Below are positions 40,401 through 52,400 of a stretch of 64,000 nt of DNA, in pieces; the first letter of the stretch is position 1; each line of letters begins with the position of its first letter. Both the position numbers and the translations under genes were made by a program. The DNA is from Laetmonice hystrix (lineage: Eukaryota): positions 51,026,001-51,090,000 of the forward strand of contig OZ249437.1 in NCBI GenBank assembly GCA_965235115.1, given 5' to 3'. The notes below the pieces were generated by a model. That model worked only from the letters and a program-made list of their open reading frames with translations. It was not told the DNA's origin and did not search any database.

Positions 40401-41215
40401 CCCTCTTCGACTACACATTTACATTAATCACGTCACAGTGACAGACTAATCGGTCGAGATCGCTAATCGCCACAACTCGTTATAATAAATAACCAGTGTC
40501 CACCACTCCTTTGTAAGATGTTGACCAATACGGACAGTAGCTGAAAATTACCCAGAGTACATAATGATTATAATGCATGACCAGCGCTCCGTGCAACTCC
40601 ATAATGTTGTCAGTTTATAAAGTATTCAGCTCCTTCTGCAGAGATTTGTCATGAACATGCTGCTTTGTATACATGATCATGATGAGTTTGGGCGGCGCCC
40701 TTCATGATCCATTGAGGAAGGTCTGAAAATGGATCACATCCGACCTGGGATGACGCCCATGCAGTATGGACGTCATGAAGAATAGCCTCGATACAAGTAA
40801 TGTTTGATCAGCATGTTCCTTGGCGCTTAACGCAGACGATGCTAGTAGTCTCTAGATCTATACAGATGTTATAGGTGAATGCAAACCCAACTGTTTCATC
40901 ATGCTATATGTTATCACACCGTTCACATGCGTGCCTTCTAAAACACACTCGACAAACTCCGCCTGTTAGATTATGTTGGGTTGGCCACTTGCTGGGGGTT
41001 CAAGGAAGCCCAGGCAGCTGCTAGATGGCTCGCAGTTGTTATAGTGGTATACTCCGCAGTAACTGATCCCAGGTGAGGCCCTGTGGTCAGTCATTAAGTT
41101 AATACTGGGATCAAAGTGTGAACAGACTCTCTATCAAACCAATGGTATACGTCCTGGCTGGGCAGTGAACATCGACCGTGCTGGCAGTGTCCATGTCGAA
41201 CTCTGGATGAGGAGG

Positions 41216-41219
<4 letters not shown>

Positions 41220-41253
<34 letters not shown>

Positions 41254-41309
41254 AGAGAGACGGGGAGAGAGGGGAGAGGGGGAGAGAGGGGGGGGGGGAG
41301 AGAGAGAGA
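41220..41309. repeat. (GA)n / G-rich microsatellite
   Basis: A GA run grading into GGGGAGAGA units and poly-G. Confidence 0.95.
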
Positions 41310-42284
41310 CGGATGATAGAAACGGCTCTTTATCTGGGAAAAGATATTCGTATGAAAGGACAGTTCGGACCACAAGGAGACTTAGGCATGTGCGCATCAA
41401 CCCATCAAACAAAGTTGTTTTCATGTCAGAGACATAATTACTGTTGAGTGTTGTAAAACTGCACGGAAAACATTGCTCTATCAGATCCATGTGATACAGC
41501 CAGGGTGTTCGACATATTTTGAAAGTTTCTTTTTCATTACAGTTATATTACTGAACCATTTATCTATAATGTGAATGCGTGTGAACTTAAGAATACTAAT
41601 ACTACACAGGATCATTCCTTTTGAAAATAAACCGTAAGATTATTGCAGAACTAACATTCAGGTTCTGCCTTCTTTATCTTCAATATTAAATTTGTTAATT
41701 CCTCGTAAATGATAGTTTGAACATCAAGGGTATGTGGACATTGCGTTCTTCTCCCGCCTATTGTATAATAGGAATGCGAGATTGCCATAGATGCCATTCA
41801 CACTGACTTGGCAATAGTTCCAATCTACCAATTTGACCACCAGACGTTCCATAGCAAGGAAACTCTCGGAGGGGACAGCTGCTTGGATCTTTCACGACTT
41901 ACATATACATTGTACATGATACAATCTATATTATAGTAGATAACTAGACTAGTTTGAACCATAAACCAGGGAAAGTCTCCAGTCGGCTCTGGCTTTCTGT
42001 GGAAATGTCCAACGATATAAACAATACTGTCAAGTTACCGGAAGCGAAACTCAGATATACAGGTTGTGTAGCCATTGTGTATACCTAATTACAACCAGAT
42101 CTAATCAGAGACGTGTTAGCAAGCAAGTTGGTGAACCTCGAGCTATCATTAAATGTCACAATATATACGTCACACCGGAAAAAGTACGCCAGCCCAAGGG
42201 TCTTTACTGGATGTTAAAACTTCTGAGACAGCTTCGTCATTATTAGCCTGTTTACACGTTGCATTGTGAATTATACAATTTCAC

Positions 42285-42314
42285 CTGACTAATATGAAAT
42301 ATGTTTAACTTCAG
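42285..42314 (+). promoter_or_regulatory. Branch point and 3' splice site of the 42315 exon
   Basis: CTGACTAAT at 42285-42293 fits the CTRAY branch consensus. The putative branch A (42292) is about 22 nt upstream of the TTCAG acceptor, a canonical distance. Confidence 0.7.
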
Positions 42315-42456
42315 CTGGTCTGTGCCGGTTCCCCGTGGATTGGCAAGGGCGCTGGTACCAAAGCGGTCTGGGAGAAGTAGTAATACGAAATCACACATTC
42401 ACCCAAAAAGGTCTCTGTCACGAACATCATAGGGACTACTACCTCGTCGAAAACAG
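42315..42456 (+). CDS. Internal coding exon (phase 1 in, phase 2 out) of an uncharacterised invertebrate extracellular protein; N-terminal DUF7044-like domain (PTHR22255-like family, recalled from memory)
   Basis: Seen: acceptor tttaacttcAG|CT at 42313-42314 and donor AACAG|GTacgt at 42457. The 142 nt read as 2 nt + 46 codons + 2 nt: (x)GLCRFPVDWQGRWYQSGLGEVVIRNHTFTQKGLCHEHHRDYYLVEN(R/S). The track ORF 42335..42538 overlaps it, and its protein-like quality stops at the donor. Knowledge: CxFPxxWxGxW(F/Y)xSG followed by xGxC...YLxxx is the start of this family as I recall it. The family name needs HMM confirmation. Confidence 0.8.
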
Positions 42457-43030
42457 GTACGTAAAAAGAGGCTATTTTAATCATCAAGAAATCCCCCCAT
42501 TCATTGTCGCCTTTGGCGGTATTGGGGTTATATACTAACCCCATTAGGGTAGAAAATGATCAAAGGGCTGACACGAAGTGGGCTTTCATATAGATGGAGG
42601 TTATAATGATATAGGCTGGGGAAGCACCTGGGTGTTTGATAAAACATAATGGTCCCAAGGGGCCTAATATCTGCAGGGATCATCTATACAAAGGCATTAG
42701 CAAGGAGCTCAGCACTGAAAGCAAAGGTTAGCTATAGAGGTTGAGATCCCTGACACGAGGAAATAAATACGACAGTTTATTAATGGACCACTGGCAAGGG
42801 TTTGGGTATGGATGAACTAAAGCGCATCCACTTTGGCGTGCCAGTGATCGATATATAGCTTTGTGGATATATTTTAATATTCGGCGCTACAGATGAAACT
42901 GGATAGGCGCGTGTGCTGATACTGGGTGATCTATCGTTGGACGGGTCGCATCCGTGGGACCTATCCGTCTAGGACGCCGAATGAAACAGTAGCATATAGA
43001 GGATTAACAAAACCGCTCTGTTCGTATTAA

Positions 43031-44245
43031 TCATCCACACTGTACGTTCCCCAGGCACCTCATTGATCGTGCCTTGGTGGGGCACTGCAGCACCAAGTCA
43101 GTGTAATGGGTATATAAGTATAAAGGCACTCGTATACTCTCTGCCTTCCCGACCCGTCGGAAGGCCTCTGTGAACTGGTGTATGAGCGATGGGTCTATAT
43201 ACTCCGGCTTTATCAACTTCTTCATCGTTCTTATAATGCATCGCTTTGCTGTGATTATCTCTGACGGATACCGCGGTAGTACATGCCCCCACGACGGGGG
43301 CTGAGCCATGCTGGGTTTGCTCCAGGACAGACACCGATATTTTGCTGTTAATTTTACACAATTACGGATAGAAACCCGGAAACTTGCCCGGCTCAGTTTT
43401 CTTGCATGGGCGTGCCCGAGAGACTGGTTTTCTACTTTTGCTGGGGAAACGGTAGCCGAGCCACAGACCGGAGCTTTTCTTATGTCGGTCCAAACCCTTG
43501 CTGGGGAAACGGTGGCCGAGCCACAGACTGGAGCTCTTCTTATGTCGGTCCAAACCCTTGCTGGGGAAACGGTAGCCGAGCCACAGACCGGAGCTTTTCT
43601 TATGTCGGTCCAAACAGTTGCTGGGGAAACGGTGATCGAGCCACAGACTGGAGCTTTTCTTATGTCGGTCCAAACAGTTGCTGGGGAAACGGTAGCCGAG
43701 CCACAGACTGGAGCTCTTCTTATGTTGGTCCAAACCCTTGCTGGGGAAACGGTAGCCGAGCCACGGACCGAAGCTTTTCTTATGTCGGTCCAAACAGTTC
43801 CTGGGGAAACGGTGATCGAGCCACAGACTGGAGCTTTTCTTGTGTCGGTCCAAACAGTTGCAGGGGATACGGTGGCCGAGCCACAGACTGGGGCTTTTCT
43901 TATGTCGGTCCAAACAGTTGCAGGGGATACGGTGGCCGAGCCACAGACTGGGGCTTTTCTTATGTCGGTCCAAACAGTTGCTGGGGAAACGGTGGCCGAG
44001 CCACAGACTGGGGCTTTTCTTATGTCGGTCCAAACAGTTGCTGGGGAAACGGTGACCGAGCCACAGACTGGAGCTTTTCTTGTGTCGGTCCAAACAGTTG
44101 ATGGGGAAACGGTGGCCGAGCCACAGACTGGAGCTTTTCTTATGTCGGGTGAAACAGTTGATGGGGAAACGGTGGCCGAGCCACAGACTGGAGCTCTTCT
44201 TATGTCGGGTGAAACAGTTGCAGCCTGCTCGTCATTAATTGTCAT
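43031..44245 (-). CDS. Doubtful 404-aa ORF: 13 x 20-aa repeats (ATVSPATVWTDIRKAPVCGS) plus about 135 unique C-terminal codons
   Basis: Starts with ATG and stays open through the 60-bp array and the unique 43031-43437 segment. Against: the opposite strand (43308..44294) and further frames are also open, and variable sites in the repeat are spread about evenly over codon positions by my tally. No recognisable domain. Confidence 0.2.
   Translation of the reverse strand: MTINDEQAATVSPDIRRAPVCGSATVSPSTVSPDIRKAPVCGSATVSPSTVWTDTRKAPVCGSVTVSPATVWTDIRKAPVCGSATVSPATVWTDIRKAPVCGSATVSPATVWTDIRKAPVCGSATVSPATVWTDTRKAPVCGSITVSPGTVWTDIRKASVRGSATVSPARVWTNIRRAPVCGSATVSPATVWTDIRKAPVCGSITVSPATVWTDIRKAPVCGSATVSPARVWTDIRRAPVCGSATVSPARVWTDIRKAPVCGSATVSPAKVENQSLGHAHARKLSRASFRVSIRNCVKLTAKYRCLSWSKPSMAQPPSWGHVLPRYPSEIITAKRCIIRTMKKLIKPEYIDPSLIHQFTEAFRRVGKAESIRVPLYLYTHYTDLVLQCPTKARSMRCLGNVQCG
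43438..44222. repeat. Minisatellite, 60-bp unit x 13
   Basis: Unit ttgctggggaaacggt(a/g)gccgagccacagac(c/t)ggagcttttcttatgtcggtccaaacag; copies align exactly every 60 nt with no indels. Confidence 0.99.
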
Positions 44246-47200
44246 CGCCCAATCGAATTTTTACCTTGAGCGCCGCCGTAAGGTTTCTTACTAAAATCAA
44301 TACTCCGGACTGCCGAATTAACTGCTTCCCGACCTTTCAGATTAATTAGATCAAAAGGATAGTTTGGGTAGAGTTTGGCGTGCCGGGTTTCACATAGAAC
44401 GGCACTTTGAGATAGAGATTACACTGTATACTGTTGGGCTGAACGTTATACATGGCGTGCTATTTATAGTCCTGTAAAATACTTGCCGTGAAGGGATAAA
44501 GATACAATTTTGATGCCATGCATTAATTCCTGTTCCAGTTTATGTGTATGTTAGTGGAGAAGCAAGTCAAGATTTAGCAAAAATAAGGGCCGCTTTTATT
44601 TCCGTTAATGTCTTTTCTTACACCTGAAGATAGTCGATTGATTTTCCCCGCCCCCAAGTACAGTGAAAGAATCCTCTGTCGTTTCCAATATATATTGCCT
44701 CAGTGAGAATGACTATTTTTTTCGAGTTGCCCCATGACACAGTATAGCTTTCTACCTTTGCGCATTTCCCCAGGGCATCTAACCGTACGCATGCGCTATA
44801 ATCGTCCCATTGCACATACAGACGTCAATTTCCGCTGCCGTGCCCATCTGGCGTTTACAATGGCGACTGCGTGGGAGCGTGCGCGACAGTTATCAATTTT
44901 GTAAGGACGGACACTTGTTTATTTCTCATCAAAGGCAAAAGGGGAAAAAGAGAGGATACCGTGTACTTTTGAAATGCATAGTAATTAGTCTGGGCTCCAA
45001 TTAGCATTAATCACACAACCACAAGGCCTCGTGTTGGTGAGCCAATCATCTCTCTATATAAGTTGTGGCATAATGCACGCATGCAGTGCGGATAGCTCAA
45101 GCCACACTGACCGTCAGCCCTCACGAGTCTAATCAGGTCCAGCCCTCCGGAAGGGCCAATTGTAGAATAATTTGATTAATATTGTATTAGGGGTGGCATC
45201 AGGCAGCGCCCTCACACATGAAGAGGCCTCAGGACAAAAGCGCCCTCACCATCATATAGAGAAATAACAAAGGTAATTTTGGCCACATAGGATTTACAGG
45301 CCAAACTGTAATTAAGAGAAAAAAATTCCTTGGGATATTATAGGTACTGTACCGAAGGGCAAACCACTGTGGGATTACAATCCTGCCAATCTCCCACGTC
45401 TTCCACTTAGCATGGATATTATACATAATAACAAAGCGTGAAATGAGATATTGACCTCCCCCATTGTCATTCTACTGCTAATTACCCGTTAGAAGTGGTT
45501 ACAACACTGCGATCTGAACCCTGGGGCAGAGAGAGGGGTCTCGCGTCAAGAACGCCAACAATTAGCAGTGAGACCGCAAACTGACTTAATGAATTTATAA
45601 AAAAAGACACAAAGGATTTAATCCTGATGGCATGGGATGTAGGGAGTATGAGGTGCATTGATGTATAGAAGCCACTGTTTTGATATTAGCAGATCGTTTA
45701 GCTATGCTACAATGTCTTTACTGGCCGGTTGGCAAGCGTGGTACAGTACAAAAGAAATTGCATTATATTGCCCTTTGAGGGGGGAAATCAGTACACGAAT
45801 GCCTTAACGGGGCGCTGCACAAAGCGGTCATCTCAGATATTGGATTGGCATTGCAGATAAAGCTAGAAGATTACTTGTCTGGCCTGAATTATCAATCTTA
45901 ACGTCAATGTCGTGTAGAAGCTCCTCAGCCAGCGACATGGAACCTTGCCCCTTCCATTCAGCAGCTGAGCAATAGGCAGGACAACACCTTAATTTTACCT
46001 CTCCATCCTCTCAACGTCTGTGCCTCTCGACGCAACTCAACATCTGTAGTCAACTCGAGATAAACGCTTCTGATTGGCTGGTCTGGTGCAACCAGCTAAT
46101 CAGAAACTTCAAGCTCAACCTTAAGCTGAAAATAGCTCGTAAGTTTTGAGAGAAAAAAAACCCAGGCCAAGATGACATGTACATATTGAACGTTGCCGCC
46201 TTCTTTTATGTATTGAGCGGATTGTCTGTACGGAATTAAATCTGTCCGCAGGAAAGTCCACATCATAAAAAATGTACTGGAAATAATTTGTCTCCGATTT
46301 TTATGACACATTATATCCCATAGATTATAAGTTATACTCATTTTCTTTTGACACTTACTGCATTAGCTTCGTCTTGGGAGTGAGAACCGGAGCCGATTTA
46401 CTTCATCGTTTATGGCGAGTATAATGATGAAGATGAAATTACCACGTCCCTTGAGTACACGTCCTAAAGTCTTTTAACCGCTCTTTAGAAGATGCCTGAT
46501 CTCGTTAGGAGGTGCCGTTGTGTTTCTCAGCCAATTTTTTCCCGCCAATGCGATCAAACTGTAACGCAACAGAAATGAGTTCACATCATGCAACATTAAA
46601 TGCAGACAAATCCAAGGGAGGGTGAAGTGTGAATTAGTGAAATCAATGAGAGGTAGTTGTAAAACCGAGTGTGTATGTCATTTTATAAGAAGGCAAGTCG
46701 ATTTAGAATAATCGAAGAACGCACCCAAATGGTAGAATAAAACCTTTTTGTATTTAGTTCAGATCAGCTATCTGGTAATGTTCTATTGATAGAACACGCA
46801 CGTCTCGTATGATTCATTGTAAATCGGCCCGTTCTTTGTTTTTCTGACGGTTTGGCTGGGTTGAATGTGAGCAACATGACCTGGAGGCAGATCGCCACAA
46901 AGATACCACTACTTGACATTAAAATTGATCCTACATCTTACAATCCACGTGTCCCACTGTATTCGGACAACACATATCTCATCGACTGAGACTTTGGACC
47001 CAGACTACGTGGAGTCTTTGTATGCATCACTTAATTCGAGGTGTCACCCACGTGATTAATAACGTTGGCGGGACTGCCAGGCAGTTAAAAAAAACACGAA
47101 ATAATGGCCATATAAGGCTTACAATAGGAGAGAACTGGAGCGAATTTCATTCGCCCTTGATATTGATTGGGGATTTTGTCAAGGTCATCTTCCAGTTTCT

Positions 47201-49437
47201 TGGCGAAGAAAGAAGAACTTGACATGATTACCTGTCAAATGTTTCATCCCCATAATTAGCTTTACTGCACCGGAGAACTTGGACCACAAAGAATAGAAAT
47301 CGCTGCGTCCACCCGAGGATTGGCAGGACAGAACGGTGTCAGATAGGCTGTCGCTGACTGACATGTTCTTTGTAGCTAACCGAAACACACCGTATGACTT
47401 TAGGCGTCACCTTCTATGGAAAGCCGGTGGTGTATTATGACGTGACACATTACAAAGAACTCTTCTAAGTTGTCCGGACGCACGTGTCATCATGCTTCCT
47501 CCTCCTTCATGATTTACCAAAATGATCGAACTTACCTCAATGTAATTAAGGGCAATTTTGTAAGGATTGGCGGAAGGCAAGTGCAAGTCAGGCAGAGGCG
47601 GACCTAAAACCAGCTTGTGGCTTCTTTGTGGGGTGTAGGCACTCGGAGGTAAGGAGGCTCGGCACACAAGGCGGTCGACTGGTCTGTGAGGAATAATTGA
47701 AGGTGATAGATAATTGTGCGGGTCCTCAAATGGGCTGAGTAATACAAGGAAGTAAATATCAGCTCAGGTAGGTGGCGAAGGCAGGGGTTAGTGGTACTCG
47801 GGGCACGCGATGCCACTTAGCATGACGTCATGTCCGGGGGGTTGCGTGGTTTGATATAGACAGGAAAAACTGTCCTGAGATATTGATTATACAAAGACAT
47901 CTGTATCTAGATCTATTCCTCTAGGATCCATATACACACATTAGCATTGTATATACTTTGGTTTTGTGAAGGATGTAGCTCGTGGAAACCAATAAGGAAA
48001 TGACACAAAGTATACTTGGATGGAGGAACTGCGGATAGAGCGGGGTGATACACTACATGACAGCCACCGTGGCCGGGAGAAGGGAGCAAGGGAAGGGGGT
48101 CTACACATGGGAAGGTGATAGCATGGTGTGGATGTCAACACTTAGTGAAGTCAGGTGAGGAGGTCGGGGTTGTAGCCTGCCGTGTGGGCCTGTGGTAAGG
48201 GCCCGGGTCGTGGCGCGCTAACCACCTAACGAGTCGGGGCTGGTTAGATGCTGACAAACGTACACTTAGCAAGGTCGTTCTGTCAGCCGCACCAATCCCG
48301 CTGTTCAACTTCTGTATGGCCATCGCCACCGCCTGTTTATATTCTGCCGGGCTGACGATGGGGGCTGAAGGTTTCTAGCTTCATTCACATACGGTCTGCT
48401 GGGAGATACTGGACGGAGATGTAAAGTACCCGGGCAGCAGCAGACGATATACCATGAGTTTCCAGGTCGGGCTGAAGGGGCCCTTTGGGGTCATAGGATG
48501 ATGCCATCATGGAGAACGGGTAGGAAATGTGCTACTGATGCCTTAGATCTACGCTGATAGGCAATTCTAGCACGGGACATCAGATTACCAGCTTTTCCTC
48601 TTCACCTCGTGCAAGATGGTTATATTGTATACGACCTGCTAAAAAGAAGGGTCGCATGCAAACACGATTGGCTCGGTCTGAATATACTGAACCACTCCCA
48701 TATCGGAGCCGAGCTGCATGCAGCAGCAGGTCAAAAACAGCTGCTGCAGCGGCTGCATGTGCGAGACAACCTCAGTGCTGATGAAACGGTGATTGATGTC
48801 GAAAGGGATATGCGGCCGCACGGTGACTGGCGGTCGTCCGACACAAATGGATATAAATTCCACGAGGCCCAACTCACACCGACCGCCGGGCAGTGCCCCC
48901 CTCCCACCTCCTGGCCGCACGCGGACGATCGCCGAAGGAGAGTTCAGGAGGGCGGTCTCAAGTCAGAACCGCGGCTAGTCGGAGGTGATGAAATGTTCCA
49001 GGAATCTCCCATCTCAAATACAGTTCCCGACATTCCGAGATCTGTCTGAGCGCAGTATGGGGTGGAACGGTCGGTGGCGACATGGCCTATAGTGCGATGG
49101 CTCCGAGAGTCTGGTGGCAGTTCGGGGGCGCAATATGAGAATTGGTACGAGATGAAATGGGTAGGCTAGGAATGGCTTCAGTCGGCACTCGGCAGGGGTT
49201 CGAGGTGTCCAGATCTATCAGCCCGATTAGTTGATTCAAGGAGGGGCTCTAAAACCATCCATCTAAAACCTAATGATTTGTTTGATAACGCCGAGCAAAG
49301 GCAGACATGCTTGGAAGTAGTGACATTCCGATCTGTATGGACACAGGCCGTCAGGTAGCGCGACGGTAATGACATCAAGAATAAAATACATCAGGTACCA
49401 GTATCCCGTCTCGCCTGTAGTCTGGGCCCAGGCTGAA

Positions 49438-49499
49438 CCCAGGCCGGGCCCAGGCCGGGCCCAGGCCGGGCCCAGGCCGGGCCCAGGCCGGGCCCAGGC
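49438..49499. repeat. 11-bp tandem repeat (cccaggccggg) x about 5.5
   Basis: Direct reading; a degenerate gggcccaggctgaa copy lies just upstream. Confidence 0.95.
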
Positions 49500-52400
49500 T
49501 GCGCCTTCATGGTAATGACACGCTCCCCACCGTTCTATGTATTATGTGACATTAAACGTGGCATGCATCATCTGTATCCCCTCCCTCCTCAGTTAATCCG
49601 CCGTCAGTCTTGGGGGGAAGGGACTCCATTCCAGACGCCAGGCTGAAATATGTTTGTTATTTCACGGACTTAGCCGAGCCTTGCCTGGCGCTCTCGTATT
49701 TCATAACAAGTATGTCCTACCAAAATATCCTAATGTGACAAAACATGTAGATTGCGATTGCAACGCATTTCTCCGCCAGCGCTAACGGGGGAAAAAGAGC
49801 GTAGTCAGATAGAGGAGTACATGGTTTGGGACCGGCTGCTGTCGTTTCGGCTAAAATATGATAACAAAAAGGTGCACGTTAACGGCCTTGTCCATTTATC
49901 CAATTAAACCAGGCACAGATCGGGGTGGGTGGCGCCCACACTGACGGGTTCACCATCGCAGTTCTCTGTCTCTCTACTCGTTCAACATTAACTCGTGTAG
50001 AGTCTGGCCACCGTCGTGGGGAGGCGGAGGATACTGCAGCAACCACGTCCAAGATAAACACTCTTCAGATCACAGTGCTCAACGTCGCGCACGTCGCTCC
50101 GTTAATTGAACCATCGCCTCGCTGATCTGGACACAAATATCACAATAAAATAATGAGATAATTTAATTAAAGGGGCCTTCTGGCGATGTGACGGGACGGG
50201 AGCTGATAAGTTAATTAGGAAAGGCTGTCTGATCACAGTCGGGAGTGAGCCCGCCTGGTGCCTATTTGATGGTGGTCTTGACAACAGTTGAGGATCAAAC
50301 TCATTTTATCAAGTAAAACACCTGTCCCTGCAGAATGTCATTCACCATGTCTGCAACGAATCACGGAACACACCCCTGCCGTCGGCACTGTTCAGGTCAG
50401 GATGAGACAAAGCCTTTCTGCCACCCCCTCAAAAACATCTATAAGGACCGTCACCCTATTGGAAAGATCACTCATTGAAGAAGGCGTGCCTTGTCATCTG
50501 TTGACCTTTTCCCCATATCCCGTCGTCTGTACTTACTGTATACTCATCACGTACCTGCGGCTTGTCGTCTTCCGTTTACTTCCAAATAAATATGGCACAC
50601 ACGTTTCCTAATTTCCTCGTGGGTGGTCCATGCCGTGCATGATGACACCTTCCTATAGTTTTGCTTATCTACCGGTATAGAAAAACTTTTATTCTGCGTC
50701 TGTTGATTTGAATCATGAGGGCGCATGCTATATAGACCGTAGGCTATACTTTCCGAAATGATGATGCCCGTCTTAATACTTTTAAAAGCGTGCAAACTGT
50801 CAAAGAAAAACGCGATGAGCGCTATCTTAACCATGGGTACCTAAGCACCCCCCCCTCCCTCATGGTTGTGTAGGCCTACATGTATTAATGAGTAATCAGC
50901 TTTATACCCTAACCTTTGGATCTTAATGCATTAATTGAGTTTTCACCAGCTCAGCGAGGTCATATGATTGGCCGCTGTATCAATCCTCGCTCCGGTTGAA
51001 TGAACCCACTATCGTCGCCTGGAATTCAAGCACTCGGCTGAGGGACTCGTCATTCTCGGACATTTGTATAGATGGTCACAGGGCGTGAGCGACGGTGGCC
51101 ATTTAATACCGTCCGCGAGGCCAACTGCCCCAACTCCCAATCTCTTCTCTCTTAATGATCATTTGTGGTTGGACGGCAACCATTGTGGCAGAAACGATGC
51201 ACTTTGATTTATCGATCAGGCGTCTCTAATTACGGTCATTTCACTTTTCGAGGGGGATCTGGGCTGTTGTAAGGGTGACTCGTAGTGGTCAGATTGTGAA
51301 AGCCTTGCATTGTTACAGAATCCGCTCCAGGCCTGTGAAAGCCAGTGTAAAAACGGACTCCTCTGAGGCACGGTTGACCTTCAATTAATATTAGTAATTA
51401 CGGGGTCAGGTGATTTGGGACATCATTGTTTGCTAGATGAATCAGAGCTAGTCCGACAGAAGTGGCCAGCCAATTAAATTCGGCCATGAATGAATCGACC
51501 CACTTAGTGAATTCATCGGGAAGAAAACCTTTTTACATGATTTTGATAACATTTTCTTCCGATTTGTTAAACTTATTAATAGGTCTGACTTTAGGAAGTG
51601 GAACATATGTCGTTCTCTTCAAATGTTCCCAAGTTATAGAGTTCTATCAACTCTAGTGTAACTGACATTAGTTTATCTTTGGCTTTTGGATAAATCCACA
51701 AAACACCTTTGTTATAGGTAACAAAAGGCGCGGTTATGTCTATAGACAGACGGCATGTACAAAGGTGGCGTGACTCGTCTCTCCGTAGGTTGCATGCGTG
51801 CACCTTTCTGCACGGCACAGTGCTTCAAAGTACAGAAATACACACATTTATTTTGGCTTCTGCAAATAAGGGCGCCGCTGGCTGGCAGAGGGCCAGCGGA
51901 AGCCTCGAAATCTTTTGATGGATCGAAGGAGTGGAAATTACTCGTTGTGGATGTGGCCCCACACGATCGACACATGCCCCCCGACCATGTGTTTTGGACT
52001 GGCGCCTACAGGAGTAACGACTTCCATTTTTCTCCGCCCGAGCCGAGCAGACTGCGGCCGGTCGGCCTCCTGTAGTTGGTGGGTGTTTAACGTCAGCTCG
52101 CATCAGTCAGTGAACCGAATCATTATTTACTTCATCGTTAACGTACCCGGCAATGATCACTTACGATCCTTTCTATTACCGGATGAAAAAAGGGACTGTC
52201 TTAGAGAATGAAAAATTGACTGACCCAAAAGTGCTGAGTTGTTATAATCCTGCTGGATATGTTTGTACCCAGTCGTGCAAATCAGTGGCGGATGGGGAGG
52301 GGCTGGGGATTTGTTGCTGGTCAGTAGGGACTGCAGCCCCCTTGACAAAATTGGAGTTTGCACCCCGGTGAAAAATTCTCTATCCTGATACAGGAGCAAC

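Noticed and set aside
43031-43110. LVLQCPTKARSMRCLGNVQCG as an SP-RING/MIZ zinc finger
   Set aside because: Cys/His spacing does not match, and the frame stops immediately.
45697-45860. LCYNVFTGRLASVVQYKRNCIILPFEGGNQYTN as the next exon of the DUF gene
   Set aside because: It superficially resembles the expected C...VF...QYK...C, but the nearby AG acceptors give the wrong phase for joining to 42456, and the CxRC and HxN residues are missing.
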